Assembly (NCBI GenBank): GCA_031441465.1
Contig: JANOEP010000028.1
Span: 1-24,222, forward strand
Origin: a bacterium
Lineage (GTDB): Bacteria; Krumholzibacteriota; Krumholzibacteriia; LZORAL124-64-63
Direction: 5' to 3'
DNA length: 24,222 nt
In this document: in pieces, positions 7,360 through 16,222 of the stretch
How the letters are laid out: each line of letters starts with the position of its first letter
How positions within the stretch are numbered: the stretch's first letter is position 1
Notes under the pieces: model-generated
Databases searched by the model: none
What the model was told of the DNA's origin: nothing
What the model saw: the letters and a program-made list of their open reading frames with translations, nothing else
Program-made: the position numbers and the translations under genes

Positions 7360-9993
7360 TTACCGAACCACGGTCACCCGCTTGACCTCCTCGTAGCCGC
7401 CCCGGGCCTGCAGGCGCACGAAGTAGATCCCGGCGGCGACAGGTCGTCCGTCGTCGCTCTGTCCGTTCCACTGTATCTGGCCGCCGCCGCTCTTCAGCCC
7501 GCTGCTCAGCGTGCGGACACGGCGGCCGGCGATGTCGTAGATGGCGACGGTCTCGTTGGCGCTCTTGTCCGCCAGCGCGTAGTCGATGGTCACCCGCCCG
7601 CCTGAGCTCGGATTGGGTGAAACCGTCAAGGGACGCACCAGGGGCAGCACGTCTTCGGAATCTTCCGCGTCGGTGATGCTGATCTGCTCGATGGTCACGA
7701 CCACATCGTTGCCGCGCACGGCGACCCAGGGCATGATGCCGGGTTCGAAGTCGCCGCCCGGCGCGATCGTCAGTTCGCCGACCACGGTGTCGGCGGTCAG
7801 CACCACGAAGGTGTCGTCCACGGCCAGCGTGTAACCGGCCAGGAAGTTCAATGACACCTCGCCGGCCACCACGGCGTCGCCCGTGATCTCCAGAACGTCG
7901 TAGCCGGAGCCGGGGGTCGTGCCGTCGATGTCGATGGCCAGTGTGCTGCCGGGGCTCTGGGTGTAGTCGCCGTCGATGGTCAGGGTGCCGGGCGCGCCGC
8001 CGGGCGAGACGGTGCCGCCGGTGTTGTGGAAGTCGCCCACGACCCGGCCCTCGCCGCCGAAGACGCCGCCCTGCAATTCGACCGTGTCGCCGTAGCCCAT
8101 GTCGAGGGTGCCGTCGACGGTGGTGGTGCCGGCGGTCTGGATGAAATCGTCGTCGTGGTCGGCCCGTGAGCCGGACTCAACCTCGAAGACGCCCCGCTGC
8201 GTGAAGGGCCCCGCCAGTATCTGCAGGCCCCCGGCGCCGGTCACGCTGACCGTGCCCGTGTTCAGGAAGCCGTCGCCGTTGACGTCGAGGATCATCGGCC
8301 ACAGAGCGTGATCCGCGAGCAGCGTGCCGTGGTTGGTGATGCCGAGCTGGCCGTTGCCCACGTACATGGCGCCTCTGATGGTGTTGTCCTGGTTGATGAG
8401 GCGGCTGGAATCGGAGCTGTAGATGATGGCGTAGCGCGATCCCCCGTAGCCGTCGACCACGCCGCCGCCGGTCAGCGTGACGGGGCCGTTGGCCGTATTC
8501 AGGTAGGACCAGGTGCTGGTGGAGTCGAGATGGATGGTGTCCTGGTTGGCGATGGTCCCTGCCAGGACAAGGCTGTACCCGTTGCCCACGCGCACGCAGC
8601 CCAGGCTGGTCAAGTTGATGAAGCGCGCGCCATAGGTGTCGACCTGGAATTCGCCGCCGGTGGACGTCCGCAACGTGCCGCCCGTGATGGCGGTGGCGCC
8701 CAACAACTTGACCGTCGCGTCGTCGACGGCCTCGATCACGCCGCCGGTATTGTCGTAGTCGCCGGCATACAGCTCCATCACGGCGCCGTTCTCGGCGCGC
8801 ATCAGGGACGTGTTGATCAAGCCGTCGGCGCTCGGGTCGATCATCATCGGCCAAGCAGGGTGGTCCGCGAGCAGCGTCCCGTGGTTGGTGACGCCAATCT
8901 GGTTGTTGCCCAGGTACATGGCGCCCCTGATGGTGTTGTCCTGGTTGATGAGGCGGCTGGAGTCGTTGCTGTTGATGATGGCGTAGCGCGATCCTCCGTG
9001 GCCACTGACCACGCCGCCGCCGGTCAGCGTGACGGGGCCGTTGGCCATGTTCAGGTAGGCCCAGGTGCTGGTGGAGTCGAGATGGAGGGTGTCCTGGTTG
9101 GCGATGGTCCCATCCAGGACGAGGCTGTAGCCGTTGCCCACGCGCACGCGACCCAGGCTGGTCAAGTCGATGAAGCGCGCGGCATAGGTGTTGACCAGGA
9201 ACTCGCCGCCGGTGGACGTCTGCAACGTGCCGCCCGTGAGGGCGGCGGTGCCCGACAGCAGGACCGTCCCGTCGTCGACGGCCTCGAACACGCCGCCGGT
9301 GTTGTCGTAGTCGCCGGCATTCAACTCCATCACGGCGCCGTTCTCGGCGCGGATCAGACCCGAATTGGCCATGCCGTTGATGCTGGGGTCCAGCTGCATA
9401 TGGTAGAGCGGGTTGTCGGCGATGATGGTCCCCTGGTTGTTGATGGCCATCGAGTTGTAGCCCAGGTACATGGCGCCGCGGATCGTGTTGTCCACGTTGA
9501 TCAGCGAACCGCCGCCGGAGCCGGAGACCACGTTGTAGATGCTGGTGGTGCCGCCACCGATCAGTTCGCCGCCCCCGGTCAACCTGACCGGTCCGTTCTG
9601 GACGGTCAAGGTGGTCCAGGAGGAGAGGGAATTGAGCCTGATGACGCCGCGGTTCTCGATGCCGTGGCGACCCTGGGAGTTCGAGAGCTGCAAGCGGTAG
9701 TAGTTGCCGACCTGCACTTCGTCTTCGGCGTCCACGTAGAGCGAATCGATGGTCACGGTGCTCGCGATGAAGGCCGTGATGGGCCCGGGGTGATCCAGGA
9801 CGGCGACATACCGGTTGGCGCCGTTGTTCGGCACGCCGACCGGCGACCAGTTGGCGGCGGTCTCCCAGGCGCCGCCGCCGGCGCTGTTCCAGTGCGATGT
9901 CAAGTCGGCGGCGTTCGCCGTCAGTGACTGGAGCAGGACCGCAGCGGTCAGCAGGACCGCGGATCGTGCCCGATTCGAACTCCGGTGAATCAT
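7360..9993 (-). CDS. Secreted beta-helix/adhesin-like repeat protein with C-terminal FlgD-Ig (T9SS-CTD-like) domain, 877 aa
   Basis: Signal peptide MIHRSSNRARSAVLLTAAVLLQSLTANA-A, G/N/T-rich beta repeats, autotransporter-passenger-like segment (VSPGGAPGTLTIDGDYTQ), C-terminus SPNP...IYDIAGRRVRTL...WNG..DDGRPVAAGIYFVRL. The start at 9993 is preferred over 10074. Confidence 0.85.
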   Translation of the reverse strand: MIHRSSNRARSAVLLTAAVLLQSLTANAADLTSHWNSAGGGAWETAANWSPVGVPNNGANRYVAVLDHPGPITAFIASTVTIDSLYVDAEDEVQVGNYYRLQLSNSQGRHGIENRGVIRLNSLSSWTTLTVQNGPVRLTGGGELIGGGTTSIYNVVSGSGGGSLINVDNTIRGAMYLGYNSMAINNQGTIIADNPLYHMQLDPSINGMANSGLIRAENGAVMELNAGDYDNTGGVFEAVDDGTVLLSGTAALTGGTLQTSTGGEFLVNTYAARFIDLTSLGRVRVGNGYSLVLDGTIANQDTLHLDSTSTWAYLNMANGPVTLTGGGVVSGHGGSRYAIINSNDSSRLINQDNTIRGAMYLGNNQIGVTNHGTLLADHPAWPMMIDPSADGLINTSLMRAENGAVMELYAGDYDNTGGVIEAVDDATVKLLGATAITGGTLRTSTGGEFQVDTYGARFINLTSLGCVRVGNGYSLVLAGTIANQDTIHLDSTSTWSYLNTANGPVTLTGGGVVDGYGGSRYAIIYSSDSSRLINQDNTIRGAMYVGNGQLGITNHGTLLADHALWPMILDVNGDGFLNTGTVSVTGAGGLQILAGPFTQRGVFEVESGSRADHDDDFIQTAGTTTVDGTLDMGYGDTVELQGGVFGGEGRVVGDFHNTGGTVSPGGAPGTLTIDGDYTQSPGSTLAIDIDGTTPGSGYDVLEITGDAVVAGEVSLNFLAGYTLAVDDTFVVLTADTVVGELTIAPGGDFEPGIMPWVAVRGNDVVVTIEQISITDAEDSEDVLPLVRPLTVSPNPSSGGRVTIDYALADKSANETVAIYDIAGRRVRTLSSGLKSGGGQIQWNGQSDDGRPVAAGIYFVRLQARGGYEEVKRVTVVR
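8290..9720 (-). repeat. Intragenic tandem repeat, 552 bp (184 aa), about 2.6 copies
   Basis: GTACATGGCGCC at 8362, 8914 and 9466. TTCTCGGCGC at 8789 and 9341. Repeated peptides DNTIRGAMY and RAENGAVMEL. Confidence 0.9.
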
Positions 9994-10070
9994 GATTGAC
10001 CCCCTGTTGCATTGAAGAATTGGATCCAGATCGTTGGACAGTTCGGTATCCAGAAGGGCGGCCCGGCCAC

Positions 10071-10259
10071 TCACGCGGTGGCAGCAGGCAACGGCACGTA
10101 CTCCAACAGGAACTCGAGCCGGGGAGCGAAGCGTACGGCGGCCGAACGCGCGCAGCCGTGGATCAGTTCACGGCGCTCGCCCGGCGGCACCACGTCCACG
10201 TGGGTCGCGCGCGAGCCCGTGAGATGACAAAAAACGATTTGCAGGGTGCCCGTATCCAT
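10071..10259 (-). pseudogene. Internally deleted FHA paralog (62 aa)
   Basis: Matches the N- and C-termini of the 6810-7175 FHA gene but lacks exactly 59 codons between two TCGAGCCGGGGA microhomologies. GR has changed to GC, and the His and NGT motifs are lost. Confidence 0.85.
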
Positions 10260-10285
10260 GGACCGTACCTCCCACGCCATCAAAG

Positions 10286-10311
10286 GCGCAAGCGGCCGGC
10301 CCCAGGGATCA
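10286..10311 (-). promoter_or_regulatory. Candidate ECF-sigma promoter TGATCC-N16-GCGC overlapping the kinase stop codon
   Basis: Minus strand reads TGATCC ctggggccggccgctt GCGC ctttg. The TGA is the kinase stop. Confidence 0.6.
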
Positions 10312-12834
10312 CGGTGTTGTCGCGGGGAGAAGAGCGCGCACCTGCGCCGCCCGGTCGGGACGCGGCCAGGCCTCGTAGAGCGCCACCAGCCGGCGCAGGT
10401 TCTGCACCGTGCGGGCGTGCTCCGGCCCCAGGGCTCCGCCGAGGATCGCGTCGGCCTCCAGCAGCAGACCCTCGGCCCGCGGAAAATCGCGGGCCAGCGT
10501 GTAGTGCTCGCCGAGCAATCCCTTGGAACTGCCCACGAGCCAGCTGTCGTCTCCCAGGTAGCGTTGTCGCAGCTCGAGGCTCTCCCCGAGGGCGCGCCCG
10601 GCCTCGTCGTGCCGGCCCAGGCCGTCCAGGCAGCGCCCCAGCGTCTGCAGGGCCGAGGCGACGGCCTGGTGGCTGTCCGGCAGCGTTCCGCCGCGCAGCG
10701 AGAGCAGCTGCCGGCTGAGGTCCGCCGCCAGTTCGTAGCGGCCGCGATCGAATTCGAAGCCGGCGTAGTTCATCAGCGTGGACGCGTAGTCGGGATGCTC
10801 GCGTCCCAGCAGGCGTTCGCGCTGCGCCAGGACGTCGGCGTACAGGGCTTCCGCCTCGTCGTACTTCCCCTGCAGATCCAGGGCGGTGGCCAGGCTGTTC
10901 TCGATGTTGGTCACTTCGAGGCTCGGCGGCGGGTGGTTGGCCGTCGCGATGGCCAGCGACGCCCGCTGCAGCGACTCGGCGGCCGCCCAGCGCCCCTGGG
11001 TGCCCAGAGCCACGGCCAGGTTGTTCAGCGAGCTGCCGACCAGGTCGGAGTTCCCGTCCAGCAGGCGCAGCCGGATGTCCAGCACCTCGCGGTGCGCCCG
11101 CGCCGCCGCCGCCGACTCACCGCGCGCATTGGCGATGCTGCCCCGCATCCCGAGCAGCGAGGCGTACAGGGTGTCGGGCCGGGCCGTGAGGGAACGCTCG
11201 ATGTCCAGGCCGACGCCGATGATCGAATCCGCGAGCGCCAGCTCGCCGCTCGCGAGGTAGGCGTAGGCCACGTGCGTCAAGATCATGACGTACGGGGTGC
11301 TGCGGCGCCCCGTCAGCTGTTCCTGCAGGCGTGCAGCCTCGTTCAGGTGCCGCTGCGCCTCGTCGAGCCGGCCGATGGCCGCCTCGCTCTTGCCGATCAC
11401 CTCTTCCAGACGGGCGCGCACCTCCGGCTCGGCGGCCATCTCCGTCCCGAGCCGCTGCGCGGCCTCGTCGAGCACTTCGGAGACCATGACGTCGCGCCGG
11501 CCGCTCGCGGGGCGCACCGACTGCAGCAGGACCTCGAGGAAGCCGCTGATCCGCTCCGCCTGCAGCTGCGCTCGACGCGCGTAGCGCGCCTCGACGCCGG
11601 TGGCGATCATCCCGGTCGCCAGCGACAGCACGAGCAGGGCCGTGGCCGCGGTCGCCGCGCGGTTGCGCAGGAGGAACTTGCGCAGACGGTAGCCGACCCA
11701 GCCGTGCTGCGCCTGCACCGGCCGGCCCTCGAGCCAGCGCTGCAGGTCGTCCGCGATCGCCGCGACAGAAGGGTAGCGCAACTCCGGCTCGGGCCGCAGC
11801 GCCAGCAGCACGATGTGGTCGAGGTCTCCGGACAACCGTCGCCGCAGGCGCGCGACGTTCCGCTCGCCGCACCGCTGCGCCGCCTCCTCGGTGGCCGCTG
11901 CGCTGGGCCGCGCAGCCGGCTCCTGGAGGACCGCGCGTTCGAGGGCCGCCACCGACCCGCTGCCGGCGTGCGGGCGGCGTCCGGTCAGCAGCTCGTAGAG
12001 CACGGTCCCCAGCGAGTACACGTCGGAGGCCGTGGTGAGGGTCTCGCCGAGGATCTGCTCGGGGCTCGCGTACTCCGGCGTGTAGGCCCGCACGCCGCCG
12101 CGCGTCGGCGGCATCTCCTCCTCGACCTGCGGGTCCAGCAGCTTGGCCACTCCGAAGTCGAGCAGCTTCACGTCGCCGTCCTCGGTCACCAGGATGTTCC
12201 CCGGCTTGAGGTCGCGATGGATGACGAGGTTGCGGTGGGCGTGCTGCACCGCGGCGCACACCTGCCGGAACAGCGACAGGCGCTGCGGCACCGTCAGCGC
12301 GCGGCGGTCACACCACGTGGTGATGGGCTCGCCCTCGACGTATTCCATGACGAGGAACGGCCGGCCGTCGGGGCTGACCCCGCCGTCGAGCAGGGTGGCG
12401 ATGTTGCGGTGCTGCAGGCGCGCCAGGATCCGGCGCTCGCGCCGGAATCGGGCCAGTGTGGGGGGCTGGCTGAGTTCGAGGCGGACCAGCTTGATCGCCA
12501 CGCGCCGGTCGTACTGGTCCTCCCGGCGCCGCGCCTCGTAGACCGCCCCCATGCCGCCGAGACCGACGAGACGCACCACGTCGTAGGGGCCGAGGCGCTG
12601 GCCGACCAGGGCCGCGGCGTCGCCCGGCGCGGACGCATCGGGCCCGCCGCTGCCGGTGGCCAGGGCCGGCACCGTGCGTTCCGCTTCGCCGATCAGGTCG
12701 GCGACCTCGCGGACGAGCCCGGCGTCGCCGGCGGCGTGCGACTCCAGCGCCGCGCGGCGTTCGGCGGGCGGCAGGTCGATCACGGCGTCGAACAGCTCGC
12801 GCAGCCGCCGCAGCCGGTCGGTCTCATCCGTCAC
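10309..12834 (-). CDS. Membrane Hanks-type Ser/Thr kinase with extracytoplasmic TPR repeats
   Basis: GLGGMG, VAIK, HRDLKPGN, DFG and YASPEQ motifs, TM segment (AATAATALLVLSLATGMIATGV), TPR_10/12-like repeats (SSLNNLAVAL..QG, LLGREHPDYASTLMN). The GTG start overlaps the ECF stop by 11 bp. Confidence 0.95.
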   Translation of the reverse strand: MTDETDRLRRLRELFDAVIDLPPAERRAALESHAAGDAGLVREVADLIGEAERTVPALATGSGGPDASAPGDAAALVGQRLGPYDVVRLVGLGGMGAVYEARRREDQYDRRVAIKLVRLELSQPPTLARFRRERRILARLQHRNIATLLDGGVSPDGRPFLVMEYVEGEPITTWCDRRALTVPQRLSLFRQVCAAVQHAHRNLVIHRDLKPGNILVTEDGDVKLLDFGVAKLLDPQVEEEMPPTRGGVRAYTPEYASPEQILGETLTTASDVYSLGTVLYELLTGRRPHAGSGSVAALERAVLQEPAARPSAAATEEAAQRCGERNVARLRRRLSGDLDHIVLLALRPEPELRYPSVAAIADDLQRWLEGRPVQAQHGWVGYRLRKFLLRNRAATAATALLVLSLATGMIATGVEARYARRAQLQAERISGFLEVLLQSVRPASGRRDVMVSEVLDEAAQRLGTEMAAEPEVRARLEEVIGKSEAAIGRLDEAQRHLNEAARLQEQLTGRRSTPYVMILTHVAYAYLASGELALADSIIGVGLDIERSLTARPDTLYASLLGMRGSIANARGESAAAARAHREVLDIRLRLLDGNSDLVGSSLNNLAVALGTQGRWAAAESLQRASLAIATANHPPPSLEVTNIENSLATALDLQGKYDEAEALYADVLAQRERLLGREHPDYASTLMNYAGFEFDRGRYELAADLSRQLLSLRGGTLPDSHQAVASALQTLGRCLDGLGRHDEAGRALGESLELRQRYLGDDSWLVGSSKGLLGEHYTLARDFPRAEGLLLEADAILGGALGPEHARTVQNLRRLVALYEAWPRPDRAAQVRALLPATTP

Positions 12835-13420
12835 GGCGGTCCTCCGTCGTCCCGTCGCCCAGTTCCCGGGCCAGCCACGCCTTCGCGAAGCGCCAGTCGC
12901 GCTTCACCGTGGCGGTGGAGACCCCGAGCATCGCGGCGACTTCGACGACTTCGAGCCCGAGCAGGAAACGAAACTCCGCAACCTGCGCCCAGCGGGGTTC
13001 CGCGGCGGCGAGCCGGGTCAGGGCGCGGTCCAGTTCCAGCGCGTCCAGCGGCGACCGGGCGGGGCCGGCGATCTCGTCGTGCAGCGTGACCTGCAGGCCG
13101 GCCCCCCGCTTGACCGCGTTGCGGGCGCGCGCGTGATCGACCAGCACCCTGCGCATCACCAGGGAGACGGCCCGCAGGAACTGCTGGCGATCCTCGATGG
13201 ACAAGACCTCGTGGTCCAGCAACCGCAACATCGCTTCGTTCACCAGTCCGGCAGGCTCGAGCGTGTGCCCCGACCGCTCGTGGCTCATGTGCCGCCGTGC
13301 GATGGCGTGCAGTTCGGCGTAGACGGTCTGCGACAACTGCTCGTGCGCGGTCAGGTCCCCGTCGCGCGCGGCGCGCAACAGGTGGGGGACGCCCGAGGCG
13401 GATGATGAATTCGAAAGCAT
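12824..13420 (-). CDS. ECF sigma factor, kinase-associated ECF43/TIGR02999-like type (198 aa)
   Basis: VYAELHAIARRHM..ER.GHTL...LVNEAMLRL, MRRVLVDHARARNAVKRG and region 4 LGVSTATVKRDWRFAKAWL. It is the last 198 codons of the 12824..17263 ORF and is coupled to the kinase. Confidence 0.93.
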   Translation of the reverse strand: MLSNSSSASGVPHLLRAARDGDLTAHEQLSQTVYAELHAIARRHMSHERSGHTLEPAGLVNEAMLRLLDHEVLSIEDRQQFLRAVSLVMRRVLVDHARARNAVKRGAGLQVTLHDEIAGPARSPLDALELDRALTRLAAAEPRWAQVAEFRFLLGLEVVEVAAMLGVSTATVKRDWRFAKAWLARELGDGTTEDRRDG

Positions 13421-13522
13421 GGATGGCCCCCCGGCATGGCCGCCGGCACGGGAACGCGGCCGCGGCGGACGCGCCGTGGCCGCGCCTCCGGGGGCGCCGC
13501 ACCATTCTGACAACCGCCTGGC

Positions 13523-13531
13523 ATTATACCA
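13523..13531 (-). promoter_or_regulatory. Extended -10 promoter for the ECF-kinase operon
   Basis: Minus strand reads TGGTATAAT (perfect TGnTATAAT) about 100 bp upstream of the ECF ATG. This is rare by chance in such GC-rich DNA. Confidence 0.65.
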
Positions 13532-13592
13532 CCGCACGGGAGGCCGGTTCAGCGGAATGTGCCCCGGCGGCGTGGGATTGACCGGAATCGGA

Positions 13593-13618
13593 TGATCCCC
13601 GCCCCGCGCTCCTTGCGC
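13593..13618 (+). promoter_or_regulatory. Candidate ECF-sigma promoter TGATCC-N16-GCGC upstream of the beta-propeller gene
   Basis: TGATCC ccgccccgcgctcctt GCGC ctttg, ending about 57 bp before the ATG at 13676. Confidence 0.6.
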
Positions 13619-13675
13619 CTTTGTTGATGTGCGGGTCCAGAGCACCTCACCCCGGCAGCACTGCCCTCGGAGGCT

Positions 13676-16075
13676 ATGATGAACCATCCCGTTGTCCGAC
13701 GATCCCTGCGGCTCGCCGGCATCGCGGCTGCAGCGCTCCTGCTGACCATGTCCTCCGCGCCGTCGGCCGGCGCCCAGACGGACGCGAGCTGGTACTCGAT
13801 CTTCGGCTACGCCGGCACCGACGGGGAGGTGCTCAGCTCGACCGTCTGGAACGGGAACCTCGTGGTTGCCGGCAATTTCGGCGTTGCGGGGACCGCGGCC
13901 GTGGCGGGGGTCGCCCTCTGGGACGGCGCCCAGTGGTCGGCGATGGGCGCGGGGCTCGAATACGCCGCCCGCGCCCTCGTGGTGTGGGAGGGCGACCTGT
14001 ACGCCGGCGGCTGGTTCACGAGCAGCGGGGACACGCCGCTCAACGGGATCGCCCGCTGGGACGGCAGCGCCTGGCAGGACGTGGGCGGCGGCGCCGGCGG
14101 TGCGATCTACGCGCTGCTGGCCACCCCGGCCGGACTCGTTGCGGCCGGTGAGTTCGACAACTCGTACGCCGTGCCGGGCGCCCGCAATGTCGCCCGCTGG
14201 AACGGCACGTCCTGGAGCGGCCTGGGCGACGGCCTCAACGCGGCCGTCTATGGGCTCGCGCTGCACGCGGGCCAGGTCGTGGCCGCCGGCGACTTCTCGT
14301 CGCACGTTGCGCTGTTCAACGGCGGCTTCTGGGAAGGGGTGGGCGGTGGCTTTCCCGACGGCTCCGCCGTCAGCATCGTCAATGCTGTCGCCTCCCACGG
14401 GGGCCAGCTCTACGTCGGCGGCACGTTCGACTCGGTCGTGGAAGGCACGCAGCTCAACAACATCGCCTGCTGGGACGGTTCGCAATGGAGCGCCCTGCAG
14501 TCCGGTCTGGACGGGCCGGTGCAGGCCCTCGGCGAGTGGGATGGCAAGCTCGCCATCGGCGGCTCGTTCATGAACCCGATCTTCCACCTCGGGACCTGGG
14601 ACGGCTACAACTTCGAGTACCCGGGCGGGGTCGGCGGCGTCGGCTGGTACGGCGGGGACCACGTCAACACCATCGCCACCTCGGCCACGCGGCTCTACGT
14701 GGGCGGGGTGCTCACCCAGGTCGCCCCTTCGACCTACGGCAACAACGTCTTCGAGTGGGACGGCAGCGAGTACGCCAGCCTGGGCGAAGGGAACGGGCTG
14801 AACTCCGAGGTGCAGTCGATCGGCAAGTGGAACGGGTCGATCCATGTGGGCGGCGGTTTCAGCCGCAGCTTCAAGGATGGCGACCTGAACGGCATCGCGC
14901 GCTGGACCGGGACGCGGTGGGAGTCGCTGGCCGGCGGCCTGCAGACGAGTGGCTGGTTCCAACTCCGGGTGAACGGTCTCGACACCTACGACAACGACCT
15001 GGTGGTGACCGGTCAGTTCTCCGGGGCCGGCGGCGAGGCGGCGCACAACATCGCGCGCTGGGACGGCTCCGCCTGGAGCACCTTCGGCGGCGGGTTCGGG
15101 AGCGAGACCTACCGCAGCGCCGTCTACCAGGGCCAGCTCTGGGTGGCCGGCGGGTACGAGGAGCTGCAGGGCCACACCACCGGCGAGATCTGGAAGTGGA
15201 CCGGGACGAACTGGCAGTCGCAGGCGAACGACGTGGGCGTCGGGTTTTCGCTCGTCGTCTGGAACGGCAAACTGATCCTCGGCGGCGTCTTCTCCAGCGT
15301 GGCTGGCGTGCCGGCGAACTGCGTGGCGCAATGGGACGGCACGAGCTGGAGCGCGCTGGGCGCCGGGCTCAACGCCGCCGTGTCCAACCTGATCGTCGAC
15401 AACGACGAGCTGTACGCGAGCGGCGAGTTCTGGATGTCCGGGACGAGCCCGGTGCAGGGGATCGCCCGCTGGACCGGCACGCAGTGGGTGCCGGTCGGCG
15501 GCGCGGTGTCGTCGAACTGGGCCGCGCACGCGCTCGGCAGCGGGGCGGGCAGCCTCTGGATGGGCGGCGGGTTCGACCAGATCGGATCGACGCCCGGCTT
15601 CAGCAACATCGCGCGCTGGGACGGCAGCTGGCACCCGCTCGGCAGCGGCACCAACGGAGCGGTCAGGGCGATCTTCGTGGACGGTTCGAACGTCTGGGTG
15701 GGCGGCATGTTCTCCGCGGCGGGCGGGAGGCAGTCGCTGCGCATCGCCATGTGGTTCGACATGACGACGGATGTGGCCCCGGCGCAGCCGGTGCTCGCCG
15801 TGATCGAAACGGCGGCCTCCAGTCCCAACCCATCCTCGGGGCAGTCGCGGATCGCGTTCTCGTTGCCCGAGCGGGGCGAGGTGCGCGTGAGCATCGTGGA
15901 TCTCCGCGGCCGTCTTGTGGCTTCCCTGCCGCAGGGCGAGCTGGCCGCCGGCGAGCACGCGATCTTCTGGGACGGTCGTGCCGGGAACGGCGAGCGCGTC
16001 GCGTCCGGAGTGTACTGGGCGGTGATCTCTGCGGGTGAGCGGCGCGGTTCGACGCGCATCGTGCGCGTGAAGTGA
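13676..16075 (+). CDS. Secreted multi-bladed beta-propeller protein (IARWDGxxW repeats) with C-terminal FlgD-Ig (T9SS-CTD-like) domain
   Basis: GGAGG RBS, signal peptide ending AGA-Q, more than 10 repeats of LYxGGxF...IARWDGxxWxxLGxG, C-terminus SPNP...IVDLRGRLVASL...WDGR..NGERVASGVYW. Confidence 0.9.
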   Translation: MMNHPVVRRSLRLAGIAAAALLLTMSSAPSAGAQTDASWYSIFGYAGTDGEVLSSTVWNGNLVVAGNFGVAGTAAVAGVALWDGAQWSAMGAGLEYAARALVVWEGDLYAGGWFTSSGDTPLNGIARWDGSAWQDVGGGAGGAIYALLATPAGLVAAGEFDNSYAVPGARNVARWNGTSWSGLGDGLNAAVYGLALHAGQVVAAGDFSSHVALFNGGFWEGVGGGFPDGSAVSIVNAVASHGGQLYVGGTFDSVVEGTQLNNIACWDGSQWSALQSGLDGPVQALGEWDGKLAIGGSFMNPIFHLGTWDGYNFEYPGGVGGVGWYGGDHVNTIATSATRLYVGGVLTQVAPSTYGNNVFEWDGSEYASLGEGNGLNSEVQSIGKWNGSIHVGGGFSRSFKDGDLNGIARWTGTRWESLAGGLQTSGWFQLRVNGLDTYDNDLVVTGQFSGAGGEAAHNIARWDGSAWSTFGGGFGSETYRSAVYQGQLWVAGGYEELQGHTTGEIWKWTGTNWQSQANDVGVGFSLVVWNGKLILGGVFSSVAGVPANCVAQWDGTSWSALGAGLNAAVSNLIVDNDELYASGEFWMSGTSPVQGIARWTGTQWVPVGGAVSSNWAAHALGSGAGSLWMGGGFDQIGSTPGFSNIARWDGSWHPLGSGTNGAVRAIFVDGSNVWVGGMFSAAGGRQSLRIAMWFDMTTDVAPAQPVLAVIETAASSPNPSSGQSRIAFSLPERGEVRVSIVDLRGRLVASLPQGELAAGEHAIFWDGRAGNGERVASGVYWAVISAGERRGSTRIVRVK

Positions 16076-16222
16076 GTTCGTCTCAGCCGTGGCGGGGTTT
16101 TGAAAGCCGGTTGCGGATTGGTGCGCTGCAGGTGCGGGAACCGCCCGGCAGCAGCCACCCGCCGGCAAACCCGATGATTCCAGTTGGTGTTTTCCCCTAC
16201 TGTCGCTACCATGACCGGCACC

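Noticed and set aside
7360..9993. Classical autotransporter
   Set aside because: It has passenger-like repeats but no C-terminal beta-barrel, and ends in an FlgD-Ig-type domain instead.
10246..13089. 947-aa plus-strand ORF and similar long overlapping ORFs (8177-10012, 8308-9927, 14485-16038, 18856-20307, 22242-23921)
   Set aside because: Antisense or alternate-frame shadows of well-supported genes, with no recognisable motifs.
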